In this document: positions 53,453-64,000 of the stretch, in pieces
Numbering within the stretch: position 1 is the stretch's first letter
Layout: each line of letters begins with the position of its first letter
Source of the DNA: Octopus vulgaris
Lineage: Eukaryota
Direction: 5' to 3'
DNA: 64,000 nt
Assembly: GCA_951406725.2 (NCBI GenBank)
Contig: OX597816.1
Location: 53,568,001 to 53,632,000 of the forward strand
Notes under the pieces: generated by a model
The model's input: the letters and a program-made list of their open reading frames with translations, nothing else
Databases searched by the model: none
Told to the model about the DNA's origin: nothing
Made by a program: the position numbers and the translations under genes

Positions 53453-53625
53453 AAGCTGGCATTATTTGGCTGTAGCCAGCATAATAAAATAGGAACTTTC
53501 AAATGCATATTCAAAACATTTCCCATAAACGAACTTAAAGGATATATATATAAACAAAACATTCAAACACTGAGATTTGAAATCAGATGTCACTACTGTT
53601 CATATCCTCTGTGGATAAATTTTAA

Positions 53626-53847
53626 CCCTTTTGTTACCATATTTCTGTTGAGATACCCTGTGTTTCTTTCAATTAATTTTAAATATAACAAAGAATTAGT
53701 AAAATAATTTAGTTTATCATTAAGCTAGTGTTAGGAACATAAATTGTGACTAAGGTTTGGTGGAAGATTTTAATTCAGAACTTTTGAAAACAAGACATTT
53801 GTACTACAGAACCAGAGGCGGTTTCAGGCAGGTTGGTATCAAAAGGG
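53626..53847. mobile_element. piggyBac-type MITE family 1, intact
   Basis: TTAA-CCCTTTTGTTACCA ... TGGTATCAAAAGGG-TTAA. Confidence 0.9.
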
Positions 53848-54141
53848 TTAAAATTGATGATATCACCAGCAGTGACATAGGTGGATCGCAGGCACAACAG
53901 CATTATATAGCTATGAATTATAAATTTGTATGAAGCATAAGGATGCTTAACAAACATCCACCTGCTAGAAATAAGAGCTAAAGCCTTAAAAATATATATA
54001 TATATATAAGAACTTAGATTTGGGTACAAACTGTTAAACCCTAAAAAAAATCTTTTTTCTCTCTGGCTTCCCAATGAATTCTTTCTAATATTTCTAATAT
54101 TTGATGAGATGGATACATCAAAACCAGTAATATTTTATTAA

Positions 54142-55783
54142 CCCTTTTGTTACCATATTTCTGTTGAAATGCTCTGTGTTTCTTTCAATTAATTTTAAAT
54201 ATAACAAAGAATTTAGTAAAATAACTGAGTTATTATTAAGCTAGTGTTAGGAACATAAATTGTAACTAAGATAGAAACTCCATATGATGTAAGCTGGTGT
54301 AAGCTATGGACACATAAAAGGTGTAGCAATATCAAAGGAAAGTTAACCAGGAAAATAGTTTTTGTGTGTGACTGATTCACAGGGGCAATAAACACTGAAG
54401 ATGTACAGAAAACAGATTCCATTACATGCAAGGGAGAAAAACTAGAAGGAGTTAATAGCTTCCACTACCTAGGCGACCAAATTAGTAGTGGGGGTTGCTG
54501 CTCTGTGGGTATAGCAGCTAGAATAAGAATAGCCTGGGCAAAATTCAGGGAGTTTCTACCTCTGCTGGCAACTAAGGGCCTCTCGCTCAGGATGAAAGGT
54601 AGACTGTATGTTGCATGTGTGTGAACTGCCATGCTACACGGCAGTGAAACATGGGCCATGACTGCTGAGTATGTGTGTAGGCTTGAAAGAAATGAAGCTA
54701 GTATGATCTGCTGGATGTGTAATGTTAGCATGCATACACGACAGAGTGTAAGCACCCTGCACGATAAGAAGCATCAAATGTGGTATGCAAGAGAGAATAC
54801 TGCACTGATACGGTCATGTGTTATGTATGGATGAGGACAGCTGTGTGAGGAAATACCACTCTTTAACTTTGGAAGGAACCTGTGGAAGAGGTGGACCAGG
54901 ATGACATGGGATGAGGTGATGCACCATGACCTTCAATGGATCTCACAAAGGCAATGACAGGAGACTGAAATCTTTAGAGATATGGTGTTACTGAGAAGAC
55001 CCAGCAACTAAAGTGAGATCAAAGCCATGGCCAATGCCAGTGTTGCATTTCCAGCCCATTTAAGAGTACCCTTGATGCATCAAGTGACATGATATGCTTG
55101 AGAAGACCTGTTGAGTCGAGTAAAAATCACAGCTGTGGCCAGTGCCCCTGACTGGCTCCCATTCTGGTGGCATTAAAATGCATCATCTGAATATAGCTGA
55201 TGCCAGTGTCCCCTGACTGACTGGTTCCCATGTCGGTGGCAAGTAAAAAGCACCATCCAAATATGGTCAATGCCAGGTCTGCCTGACTGGCTCCCATGCT
55301 GGTGGCATATTAAAAGCACCATCCAAACGTGGCCTATGCCAGTGCCCCCTGACTGGCTCCCGTGCCAGTGACACATAAAAAGCACTATCCAAACATGGAT
55401 GATACCAGTACCCCCTAACTGGCTCCCATGCTGGTGGCATGTAAAAAGCACTATCCAAGCATGACTGATGCCAGGCCTGCCCAACTGGCTCCTGTGTCGG
55501 TGGCACATAAAAAGCATCCACTACACTCTCAGAATGGTTGGCATCAGGAAGGGCATCCAGCTGTGGAAACATTGCCAGATCAGATTGGAGCCTGGTGCAG
55601 CTGCTGGCTCTCCAGACCTCAGTCAAACCATCCAACCCATGCCAGCATGGAAAATGGACGTTAAACGACAACGACGATGATGATGATGATATTTGGTGGA
55701 AGATTTTAATTCAGAACTTTTGAAAACAAAACATTTGTACTACAGAGCCAGATATAGTCATAGGTGGGTTGGTATCAAAAGGA
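54142..55783. mobile_element. MITE family 1 split by an RTE LINE (halves 54142-54270 and 55691-55783)
   Basis: Joined halves reconstruct 53626-53847; TTAA at both outer ends. Confidence 0.85.
54271..55690 (+). mobile_element. RTE-clade LINE, 5'-truncated: RT C-terminus, repeat-rich 3' UTR and (GAT)n tail
   Basis: GEKLEGVNSFHYLGDQISSGG...RIRIAWAKFREFLPLL...KGRLYVACV*TAMLHGSETWA; ends GGACGTTAAACGAC...(GAT)n. Confidence 0.9.
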
Positions 55784-55971
55784 TTAAAGACTCTCTAAAA
55801 TATACTTCTGTGACCTTTCCAACTTTATTTACTTTTTTAAACTATACTTTTTGATTTGAATGGACTCCTAATATGAATGAGGATAGTTACATAAGGAAGT
55901 GTCGGTCACTGAAAGTGGATGGAACTGGTGGAGAGGTAAATTCACATAAACACGGGACATAGAAGCAGGAG

Positions 55972-56808
55972 GGGTGGGTATCAGAAAAGTTCCTGGATTA
56001 GTTCTGTAGCATGCCAACAGATGGCAGCACACAGTTGCATACACAGTGAGAGCGAGCAGTGACCTTCACGAGGCAGTGTGCCAGGAAACATCACAGTGTT
56101 TCCTTCATAAGTTGTGAAATTTGTGTTTTTTATGATCACATGTATGCTGTAGTCTGTGATTTTTGTTACGGACAGGAAGTTGGAACAAAGGGCCAAAGCG
56201 AAATTTTGTGCTAAACTTGGGAAGTTTACTGCAGAGATATTGAGCAAGCTTCAACAAGCTTATGGCGACAAGGCAATGGGTCACCTGTAATGTCTTAACT
56301 GGCTTGGGTGCACAACAGAGCCACAGTTTAATCAAGAGCATACTCATCGTTTTTTACGATATCCATGGCATTGTGCATCGAAAATTCGATACCCATCCCA
56401 GGGCCAGACCATCATCCGAGACTTCTACTGCAATGCTTTGAAGTGTTTGAGGGAGGACATTCTGTGAAAGCGACCAGATCCATACATTGCAAAGAAATTA
56501 ATTCTTCACAACAACAATATACCCTGTCACAGAGCTCTCTTTACTCATGATATCGCTTCCACACCCGCCCAATTTGCCAAGATGAAAATGCAGCTCAAAG
56601 GTTACCATTTTAATACTGTTGTTGAGATCCAGAGCTAATTGCAGAGGGTCCTCAACTCGCTTATGGAAAACGATTTCCAGGTTAAGTTCCAAAAGTGGCA
56701 AGAACATTGGGACCAGCGTATTGCTTTGGAAGGTAATTATGTTAAAACTTAGTTAAATAAGTAATTTTTTATTAAACATACCTAGTCCAGGAACATTTTG
56801 ATACCACC
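55972..56808 (+). mobile_element. Mariner DNA transposon relic, second subfamily
   Basis: TIRs GGTATCAGAAAAGTTCCTGGATTAG and CTAGTCCAGGAACATTTTGATACC. HTH LEQRAKAKFCAKLGK...LQQAYGD, plus LIVFYDIHGIVH and CLREDIL*KRPD. Confidence 0.85.
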
Positions 56809-57174
56809 TAATGGAAGTGAAGGCTTATGTGAAGAAACAGAGCCTCAGAGATGGAATGACAAATGACCAAGACAATTGGTGATTTACTGTGGTATGGAAG
56901 AAGACCCGTTCATAACAGCAAATATGAAGTCCAAAAAACATTTTGTCTATGCTTGTACATGCTGGGTGCTGTCCCTGTACCCATACTGCCCTACCAAACA
57001 TTGCCCCACATCCCATTTTTTTCACTCCCTTCCTTCAAGCCAACCAAATATCATGAAGAGTAGAAGACATTTGCCCAAGGAGACACACAATGGGACTGAA
57101 CCCAGAACTATGTGGTTGGTAAGCAAGCTACTTACCACTCAGCCACTCCAGTGCCTACATATATATATATGATG

Positions 57175-57233
<59 letters not shown>

Positions 57234-57309
57234 TTGAGGGAATATTATTCCTAACTTACAGGGAAAAATTCAATTTAGAAATACTAATTCAAATTTCGCA
57301 AAATATGAT

Positions 57310-58029
57310 ATATATATAAAAATTAGAAAAAAAACACCTTTTATCAATTCAAAATGAACAATTAAATTACACCATCTAGAAAATTACATATAATAGAAAT
57401 ATTAAAAATAGAATGACAATAATATACCAATGATTAAATAAATTGCAAAATAATAATAAAAAATAATAATAAAATTATAATTTTGCAATTTACTTAATCA
57501 TTGTAGGCGTAGGAGTGGCTGTGTAGTAAGTAGCTTGCTTACCAACCACATGGTTCCAGGTTCAGTCCCACTGCGTGGCACCTTGGGCAAGTGTCTTCTA
57601 CTATAGCCCCGGGCCGACCAAAGCCTTGTGAGTTGATTTGGTAGACGGAAACTGAAAGAAGCCCATCGTATATATGTATATATATATTTATATGTATGTG
57701 AGTGTGTATATGTTTGTATGTCGGTGTTTGTCCTCCCAACATTGCTTGACAACCGATGCTGGTGTGTTTACGTCTCCGTTACTTAGCAGTTCGGCAAAAG
57801 AGACCGATAGAATAAGTACTAGGCTTACAAAGAATAAGTCCTGAGGTTGATGTGCTCGGCTAAAGGTGGTGCTCCAGCATGGCTGCAGTCAAATGACTGA
57901 AACAAGTAAAAGAGAATAAAAGAGAATTGGTATATTATTCTTATTTTATTTTTAATATTTCTATATGTAATTTTCTAGATAGTGTAATTTAATTGTTCAT
58001 TCTGAATTGATAAAAGGTGTTTTTTTCTA

Positions 58030-58035
<6 letters not shown>
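57310..58035. repeat. AT-rich palindrome (same type as 15881-16093) interrupted by a SINE A
   Basis: aaattagaaaaaaaacaccttttatcaattca mirrors tgaattgataaaaggtgtttttttctaattt. Confidence 0.8.
57505..57925 (+). mobile_element. SINE family A
   Basis: Family match. Confidence 0.9.
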
Positions 58036-58068
<33 letters not shown>

Positions 58069-58370
58069 GTTTTACTTGTTTCAGTATTTAGACTGCAGCT
58101 ATGCTGGAGCACTACCTTGAGGAATCTTTTAGTTAAACTAATCGGCATCAACTCTTATGTTTTTTTTTGTTTGCTTTTTTTAAGCCTGGTACTTATTCTA
58201 TTGATCTTCTTGACTGAACCACTAAGTTACAGGGATGTAAACACAACCATACTGGTCATCAAATGGAGGGACAAAAACAGACACAATGGCACACCAACAC
58301 ACATATCTATCTGTTTGTCTATCTATCTACATCCATTTATATATCTATTTATACATATACATATACATAT

Positions 58371-59060
58371 ATATAAAATAGTATACATTTAAACACAAGA
58401 GAAACTACCTTTAACAGGTAATTTTATATGCTAGAAAAAGCAGTCAAAACGACCAAAACCACATTTAAGAGCAATTTCGTAGGGAATGAAAAATAAAAAC
58501 TTTTACCTTGTTTTTTTACGATTATACCTAGGTTTCAAATTTTTTTAGCAAATAATTTGCTAGGCGAAGTTCTCATCAGTAACCACACCATAACACTAAC
58601 ATATGATTAAGAGATGAATAACACGTGTCTCATCATTATATGTTATAATTTTTCAAATTCACTGTGCAAGTGCAGTTTCAGTCGGCAGTAAATAAAAAAT
58701 GCCGAATTGATCTTCAAAATACTAAAATCATATACATAATGCCGACGACTGCTCAGTTCAAAGTCTCTCTTGACCAGAAATGGCCTGAACTCTTTGCATG
58801 AACACCCTCCCTGTACATAACTCCATGTCCCCCTACATGACCTGGCTTTTTGCTTTTTGAGCCAAAAAATTAACTTAACTTATAAAATATATAGAGTAGC
58901 GAATATTTTTAGAAATTTCACTACCAGTGGCCTAGCATGTATAAAAAGTCAATAGACAACATATTCTCAATATAAAATAGTGTACATTTAAACACAAGAG
59001 AAACTACCTCTAACAGGTAATTTTACACGCTAGAAGAAGTAGTAAAAACGACCAAAACCA
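58371..59060 (-). mobile_element. Partial-tandem non-coding element (599-bp period, about 90-bp terminal direct repeats) carrying a hammerhead
   Basis: Repeats at 58371-58461 and 58970-59060; both ends flanked by TA-rich microsatellite. Confidence 0.7.
58518..58586 (-). ncRNA. Type I hammerhead ribozyme-like motif
   Basis: GTGGTTA-CTGATGA-GAACTT...TAGCAAA/TTTGCTA...AAATTT-GAAA-CCTAGG-TA-TAATCGT. It has a 7-bp stem I (with G-U pairs), a palindromic ACCTAGGT stem III and a GUA triplet. Confidence 0.75.
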
Positions 59061-59750
59061 TATATATATATGAATGTATGTATGTTGGCAATATGACCAT
59101 TCCGAAATATAACAATATATATATATATATACACACACATGCGTACACACAATGGACTACTTCCAGTTTCTACCTATTAAATCCACTTATAAGGCTTTGC
59201 TGAGCCCAAAGTTATAGTAGAAAACAATTACCCAAAGTGCCATGCCATGGGAGTGAATCCAGAACCATGTAGTTTTAAATTGGGTTTTTACCACACAACA
59301 CATCTGCATGTATGTGTGTGTGTGTGTGTATGTATATGTGTATTTATATAAAATACTATACATTTTGTAAAAAACAATTTTAAATGAACCACAAACTTGT
59401 CTTCTGATGTCAATTGATCACTGAATCAAATATATAATTTCAAATATATAATTTTTACACATACTCTAATGTGTATAAAATTATAATGTCAGATCAATAT
59501 CAGGGAGTGTAATACAGATGCAAATTTCATAATGTTGATCCCAAACTTTCTGTTACACACTAGTAACACAGAGATATATGCATATACAAAAACTTACAAA
59601 CACACACACACTCTCTCTCTCTCTCACGCATATGCTTGCACATTGACTTTCACTCACTCAGTCACTCTTACAATCTATCTATCTATCTATGTAGGTAGGT
59701 AGGTAGGCAGGTAGCTACCTACCTACCTATCTATTTATCAATCTATCTAG

Positions 59751-59813
<63 letters not shown>

Positions 59814-59905
59814 TACATACATACTTATCTGTCTATTTATCTATCTATATACCTATTTACCTATGTATCTATCAATATCTATTTACCTACTTACTTATCT
59901 ATCTA

Positions 59906-59964
<59 letters not shown>

Positions 59965-60086
59965 GTCTCTTCCTGCTCTCTCTCTCTCCACCTCTTTTTC
60001 CCTCTGCATTTCACATTTTCATTTTCAAACACACACACACACATCCATCCAACCACATACACATACTCTCACAGCTACTCACTCAG

Positions 60087-60118
<32 letters not shown>

Positions 60119-60846
60119 TTTCTCTCTTATTTGCAAAAAAAGCTTGCATATATACACAGATACAAACACAGAGACAGTGACAGAATGAGAGAGAGAGGGG
60201 GGGGGGAGAGAGAAAGAAAAATCAGTTTGGCAAACTGCATTTAGATGCTCGATTGGTTTGATGGTAAGTCACTCTCCTTTTGCGCAGCACATTGCAAATG
60301 CTTTCATGCCAAGTCAGTGGTGCACTTTACGAAGCCAAGATCAATGCCACAATGAAATTGGGTCTTGTAGCTGAGCTCTCTCCTTTTCCATGCCATAGGC
60401 AAACAGCCATAATTATTGTAAGAATAGCGTCAAATGAATAATCACATTCCCTATACCTCACCAATTGGCGGAGAAGTTTTGATAAGCAGATTTTTATTGT
60501 GGATCTGATTCAATGAATAGAGAGAAATAATTATATCAGAGAATGGAACTACAAAGTTGAATCTAGTGTAAGCTAGGTGGCGGCTGTAAAGGAAATTGTG
60601 GAAATGAAGTGGATAGTTGTCCGTTAGTATAAGAGGGAGAATAGGCAATAGAGATGAGGGCGTTGGGAGAAATTGAAGAATGTGTAGTGATGAGGTGAGA
60701 TTGGGAGGTATTGGGTGAAACTTCCTTCATTGAAGAAAGTTCAATAATAATGAGAGAAATAATGGGGAAAAAAATGAATGAAGGTTATATTGAATAGTGT
60801 CAAGTAGGATTGTATATATGTGTGTGTATCTATGAATGCATCATAC

Positions 60847-60878
<32 letters not shown>

Positions 60879-60879
60879 T

Positions 60880-60910
<31 letters not shown>

Positions 60911-61031
60911 GCATGTATATGTTTGTATGGAGGTATGTAGATATGTATGTCTTTCCATGCTAGCATGAAAATATGAAAATGTAGACTCTAAAAATAATCA
61001 TTGTCATCATCATCATGACATATATGCACAT

Positions 61032-61089
<58 letters not shown>

Positions 61090-61375
61090 ATAGATATATA
61101 CATAGCCATATACACATAGGTATTCATACATGTATGTGTGTATGTGTGTGAGTATGAACTGCTGACAATATATATATATAAATATACACACGCACATACA
61201 TATGTGGTTGTGCATACATATATAATTATATGTATGTATATGTTTGTGTGTGTGTGTATGTGCTGGTAAGGGTGTATGGTTAAGCAGTTTGCTTCACTTT
61301 AGAACGATGTGGTTTGAAGTTCGTTCTTACTGCAAGGATGATGCTACCTAGAAGAAGCCCATCATACATATACAT

Positions 61376-61409
<34 letters not shown>

Positions 61410-61417
61410 GTGTGTAC

Positions 61418-61501
<84 letters not shown>

Positions 61502-61519
61502 AGATATATATGCATACAT

Positions 61520-61568
<49 letters not shown>

Positions 61569-61630
61569 TAAAAACGGTAAGATAACAAAAGAAAGAAAGA
61601 GACCTCTATATTATGTAAATAGAGGAAATT

Positions 61631-61834
61631 TATCTGTAAAATAATGTGACAGTTATTCGGTAGTCAAGATAAAACTCTGAGATTCGGATGCCGAGGTGGA
61701 AATCCACAACACCATCTTTTCGGTTATCTGGCCAGATAACCAAAGAGATGGTGTTGTGGATTTCCACCTCGGCATCCGAAACTCAGAGTTTTATCTTGGC
61801 TACCGAATAATTGTCACATATTATTTTACAGATA
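61631..61834. repeat. Palindrome of two divergent hammerhead-like motifs, centred on TGGCCA (61731/61732)
   Basis: Right arm CCAGATAA-CCAAAGA-GATG...CATCC-GAAA-CTCAGAG-TT-TTATCTTGG. The left arm has CCGAAAA and GAAT. The consensus core is CCGAAGA. Confidence 0.7.
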
Positions 61835-62024
61835 TATATATAGGTTGTAATGGACACAGGTTCGTGTATCATATAGCTAGCTAGAGGTGGTGGCCTCTTG
61901 GAGCTAATCAGCGACAGCTTTAGTTTTATATTTATAGACTGCCATATTAGTATGGCGATAACTATTAATATCCAGTAACGCTGCCGTAATCTCCTTTAGA
62001 GAGACTTAGTAATTTTAATATTTC

Positions 62025-62063
<39 letters not shown>

Positions 62064-62227
62064 TATACATATATATGTACACACACAGACTTCCACTCAC
62101 ATGTGTGTATTTGTGTATGTATGTGATAGGTGTGTGTGTGTATGCATATCCGTGTGTCATGTGCGTATAACCAAGTGCATATTTACGTTGTTTTGATATG
62201 TGAGAACTGAGTGCAAATAAAGCATAC

Positions 62228-62470
62228 CTTTTCATACAGACAGCATTGTTTGCTTGAAGTTCTCCACAAAATTCTGTCAGAGCTGTTCCTTATTAAGACA
62301 CATCTATTACAAGAAATAAACATCAAGCATGAATTTAATATTCCTTTATTTCACCTGTCACATATGTTCCTGTGTTCAATAATCAATTATGGCATACAAA
62401 TGTGATTTAAAAAGAGACTTAATCATACCAAATGTGTCCTCAGATGGGCTATTTTCATTCTATCTGAGAA
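62228..62470 (-). other. Two candidate non-coding exons (62429-62470 and 62228-62303) with a 125-nt intron
   Basis: Acceptors ttgtgttctcag and tttatttcttgtaatag; donors gtatga and gtatgc. No continuous frame. Confidence 0.25.
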
Positions 62471-63019
62471 CTGAGAACACAATCCTTTATGACTAAGTGT
62501 TCTTCGCAAATCACATTTATATATCATATTTATAACATAGGTGCAGGCATGGCTGTGTGGGTAAGAAGTTTTGCTTCCCAACCACATGGTTTCAGGTTCA
62601 GTCCAATTGTGTAGTGTCTTGGGCAAGTGCCTCAAGCCTTTGTGAGTGAATGTGGAAGACAGAAATGCTATCATGTATATACATGTGTGTGAAAGTGCTT
62701 GTGCCTCTTTAGAAAGACAGGAGGGAAATCACATTTATAGTACCACATTTGCAGTTATCAAACACAGAAATACATGTAATAGATGAAATGAAGGAATACC
62801 AAATTCATGCTTCATGTTTTTTAGGTTGAAACTTTGAAATTACTGTCAATACTGTTATTGTTAAAGAATAATAAATCAGTACTCTACCAAATGTATTGAG
62901 TAAATCTTTCAATTTAATGAAAAATTGCTTTAATTATAGCATCAAAACAAAACATTTATACATACACACACAGACAGATGTATCACACACACACACACAT
63001 GCACACACATATATGTAGC

Positions 63020-63177
63020 GGGAGCATGGTAAGAAGCTTGCATCCCAACCATGTGCTTCCATGTTCAGTCCCACTGTGGGGCATCTTGGGCAAGTATATT
63101 CATATTCTACTGTAGCTTAGGACCAACAAAAGCCTTGTGAGTGGATTTGGTTGACGGAAACTGAAAGAAGCTCATCG

Positions 63178-63243
<66 letters not shown>

Positions 63244-63629
63244 TGTATGTATGTATGTATATGTATATATATATCCATGTGTGTGCGCGTGTCTTTGTGT
63301 TTGTGTCCGGCCCTCCCATCACCACTTGACAACTGGTATCAGTATTTTTGTGTCCCCATAACTTAGCAGTTTGGCAGAAGAGACTGATAGAATAAGCACC
63401 ACTTCTTAAAAAAAAAAAGCACTGGGGTTGATTCCCTCGACTAAAAGTTCAAGGTAGTGCCCCAGCATGGCTGCAGTCTAATGACTGAGATAAGTAAAAG
63501 ATAAAAGATATATGTATGTATGCTTATATATATATAAGCCCAGTGTGTATATATATTATTCTTTTATTTGTTTTAGTCATTTGATTGTGGCTATGCTGGA
63601 GCACCACCTTTAATAAATATATATATATA

Positions 63630-63667
<38 letters not shown>

Positions 63668-63890
63668 TGTCTGTGTCTATTTGTTCCCACTTCATCGCTT
63701 GACAACCAATGTTGGTGTGTTTACATCCCTGTAACTCAATGGTTCAGCAAAAGAGACCGACAGAATAAGCACTAGGGTTACAAAGATTAAGTCCTGGGGG
63801 TCAGTTTGTTCAACTAAAAGCAATGCTCCAGCATGGCAGCTATCAAATGACTGAAACAAGTAAAAGAATAAAAGGAAAGAATAAAAGAAT
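63020..63890 (+). mobile_element. Cluster of older SINE A copies (63020-63510, 63660-63890; small inverted piece 63560-63610)
   Basis: Family match, more diverged. Confidence 0.8.
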
Positions 63891-64000
63891 ATGTGGGTGT
63901 ACACACACACACACGCACTCTCTCTCTCTGTCTCTCTCTCCCTCTCTCTCTCTCTACATCAATACAGAGAGAGGAGAGCTCAATACATGTAGAGGATATG

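Noticed and set aside
55130-55520. CRISPR-like repeat-spacer appearance
   Set aside because: Whole units are mutually similar tandem repeats inside a LINE 3' UTR; eukaryotic context with no cas genes.
61850-61920. Hairpin with CTGATTA on the minus strand
   Set aside because: Lacks GAAA and stem III; not a supportable hammerhead.

Overview
AT-rich, microsatellite-dense eukaryotic (animal) DNA. The tRNA-derived SINE families and TA/CA/TATC microsatellites resemble Octopus (coleoid cephalopod) genomes; this is inferred, not database-confirmed. I see no intact protein-coding gene, and almost all ORFs in the track are microsatellite or SINE artefacts. The window is a mosaic of decayed mobile elements: four SINE families, an RTE LINE and its 3' ends, a CR1-like LINE 5' half, two internally deleted Ty3/Gypsy elements, two Mariner relics, several Helitrons, two TTAA/piggyBac-type MITE families and Penelope-like (PLE) fragments. 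Main hunt results: (1) several type I hammerhead-ribozyme folds (clearest at 371-456 and 58518-58586, minus strand) in short non-coding modules embedded in (TA)n tracts, often as divergent inverted pairs or a partial tandem; (2) a CR1-like ORF1 relic joining a Myb/SANT-like domain to tandem CCCH zinc fingers; (3) a Gypsy deletion derivative whose RT-to-PPT/LTR junction is shared by two diverged copies; (4) a fresh fold-back palindrome within a SINE; (5) a multi-level nested TE stack; (6) weak evidence for a promoter near 42.1-42.9 kb and scattered exon-like segments. All alignments and RNA folds were made by eye, and element boundaries are approximate.
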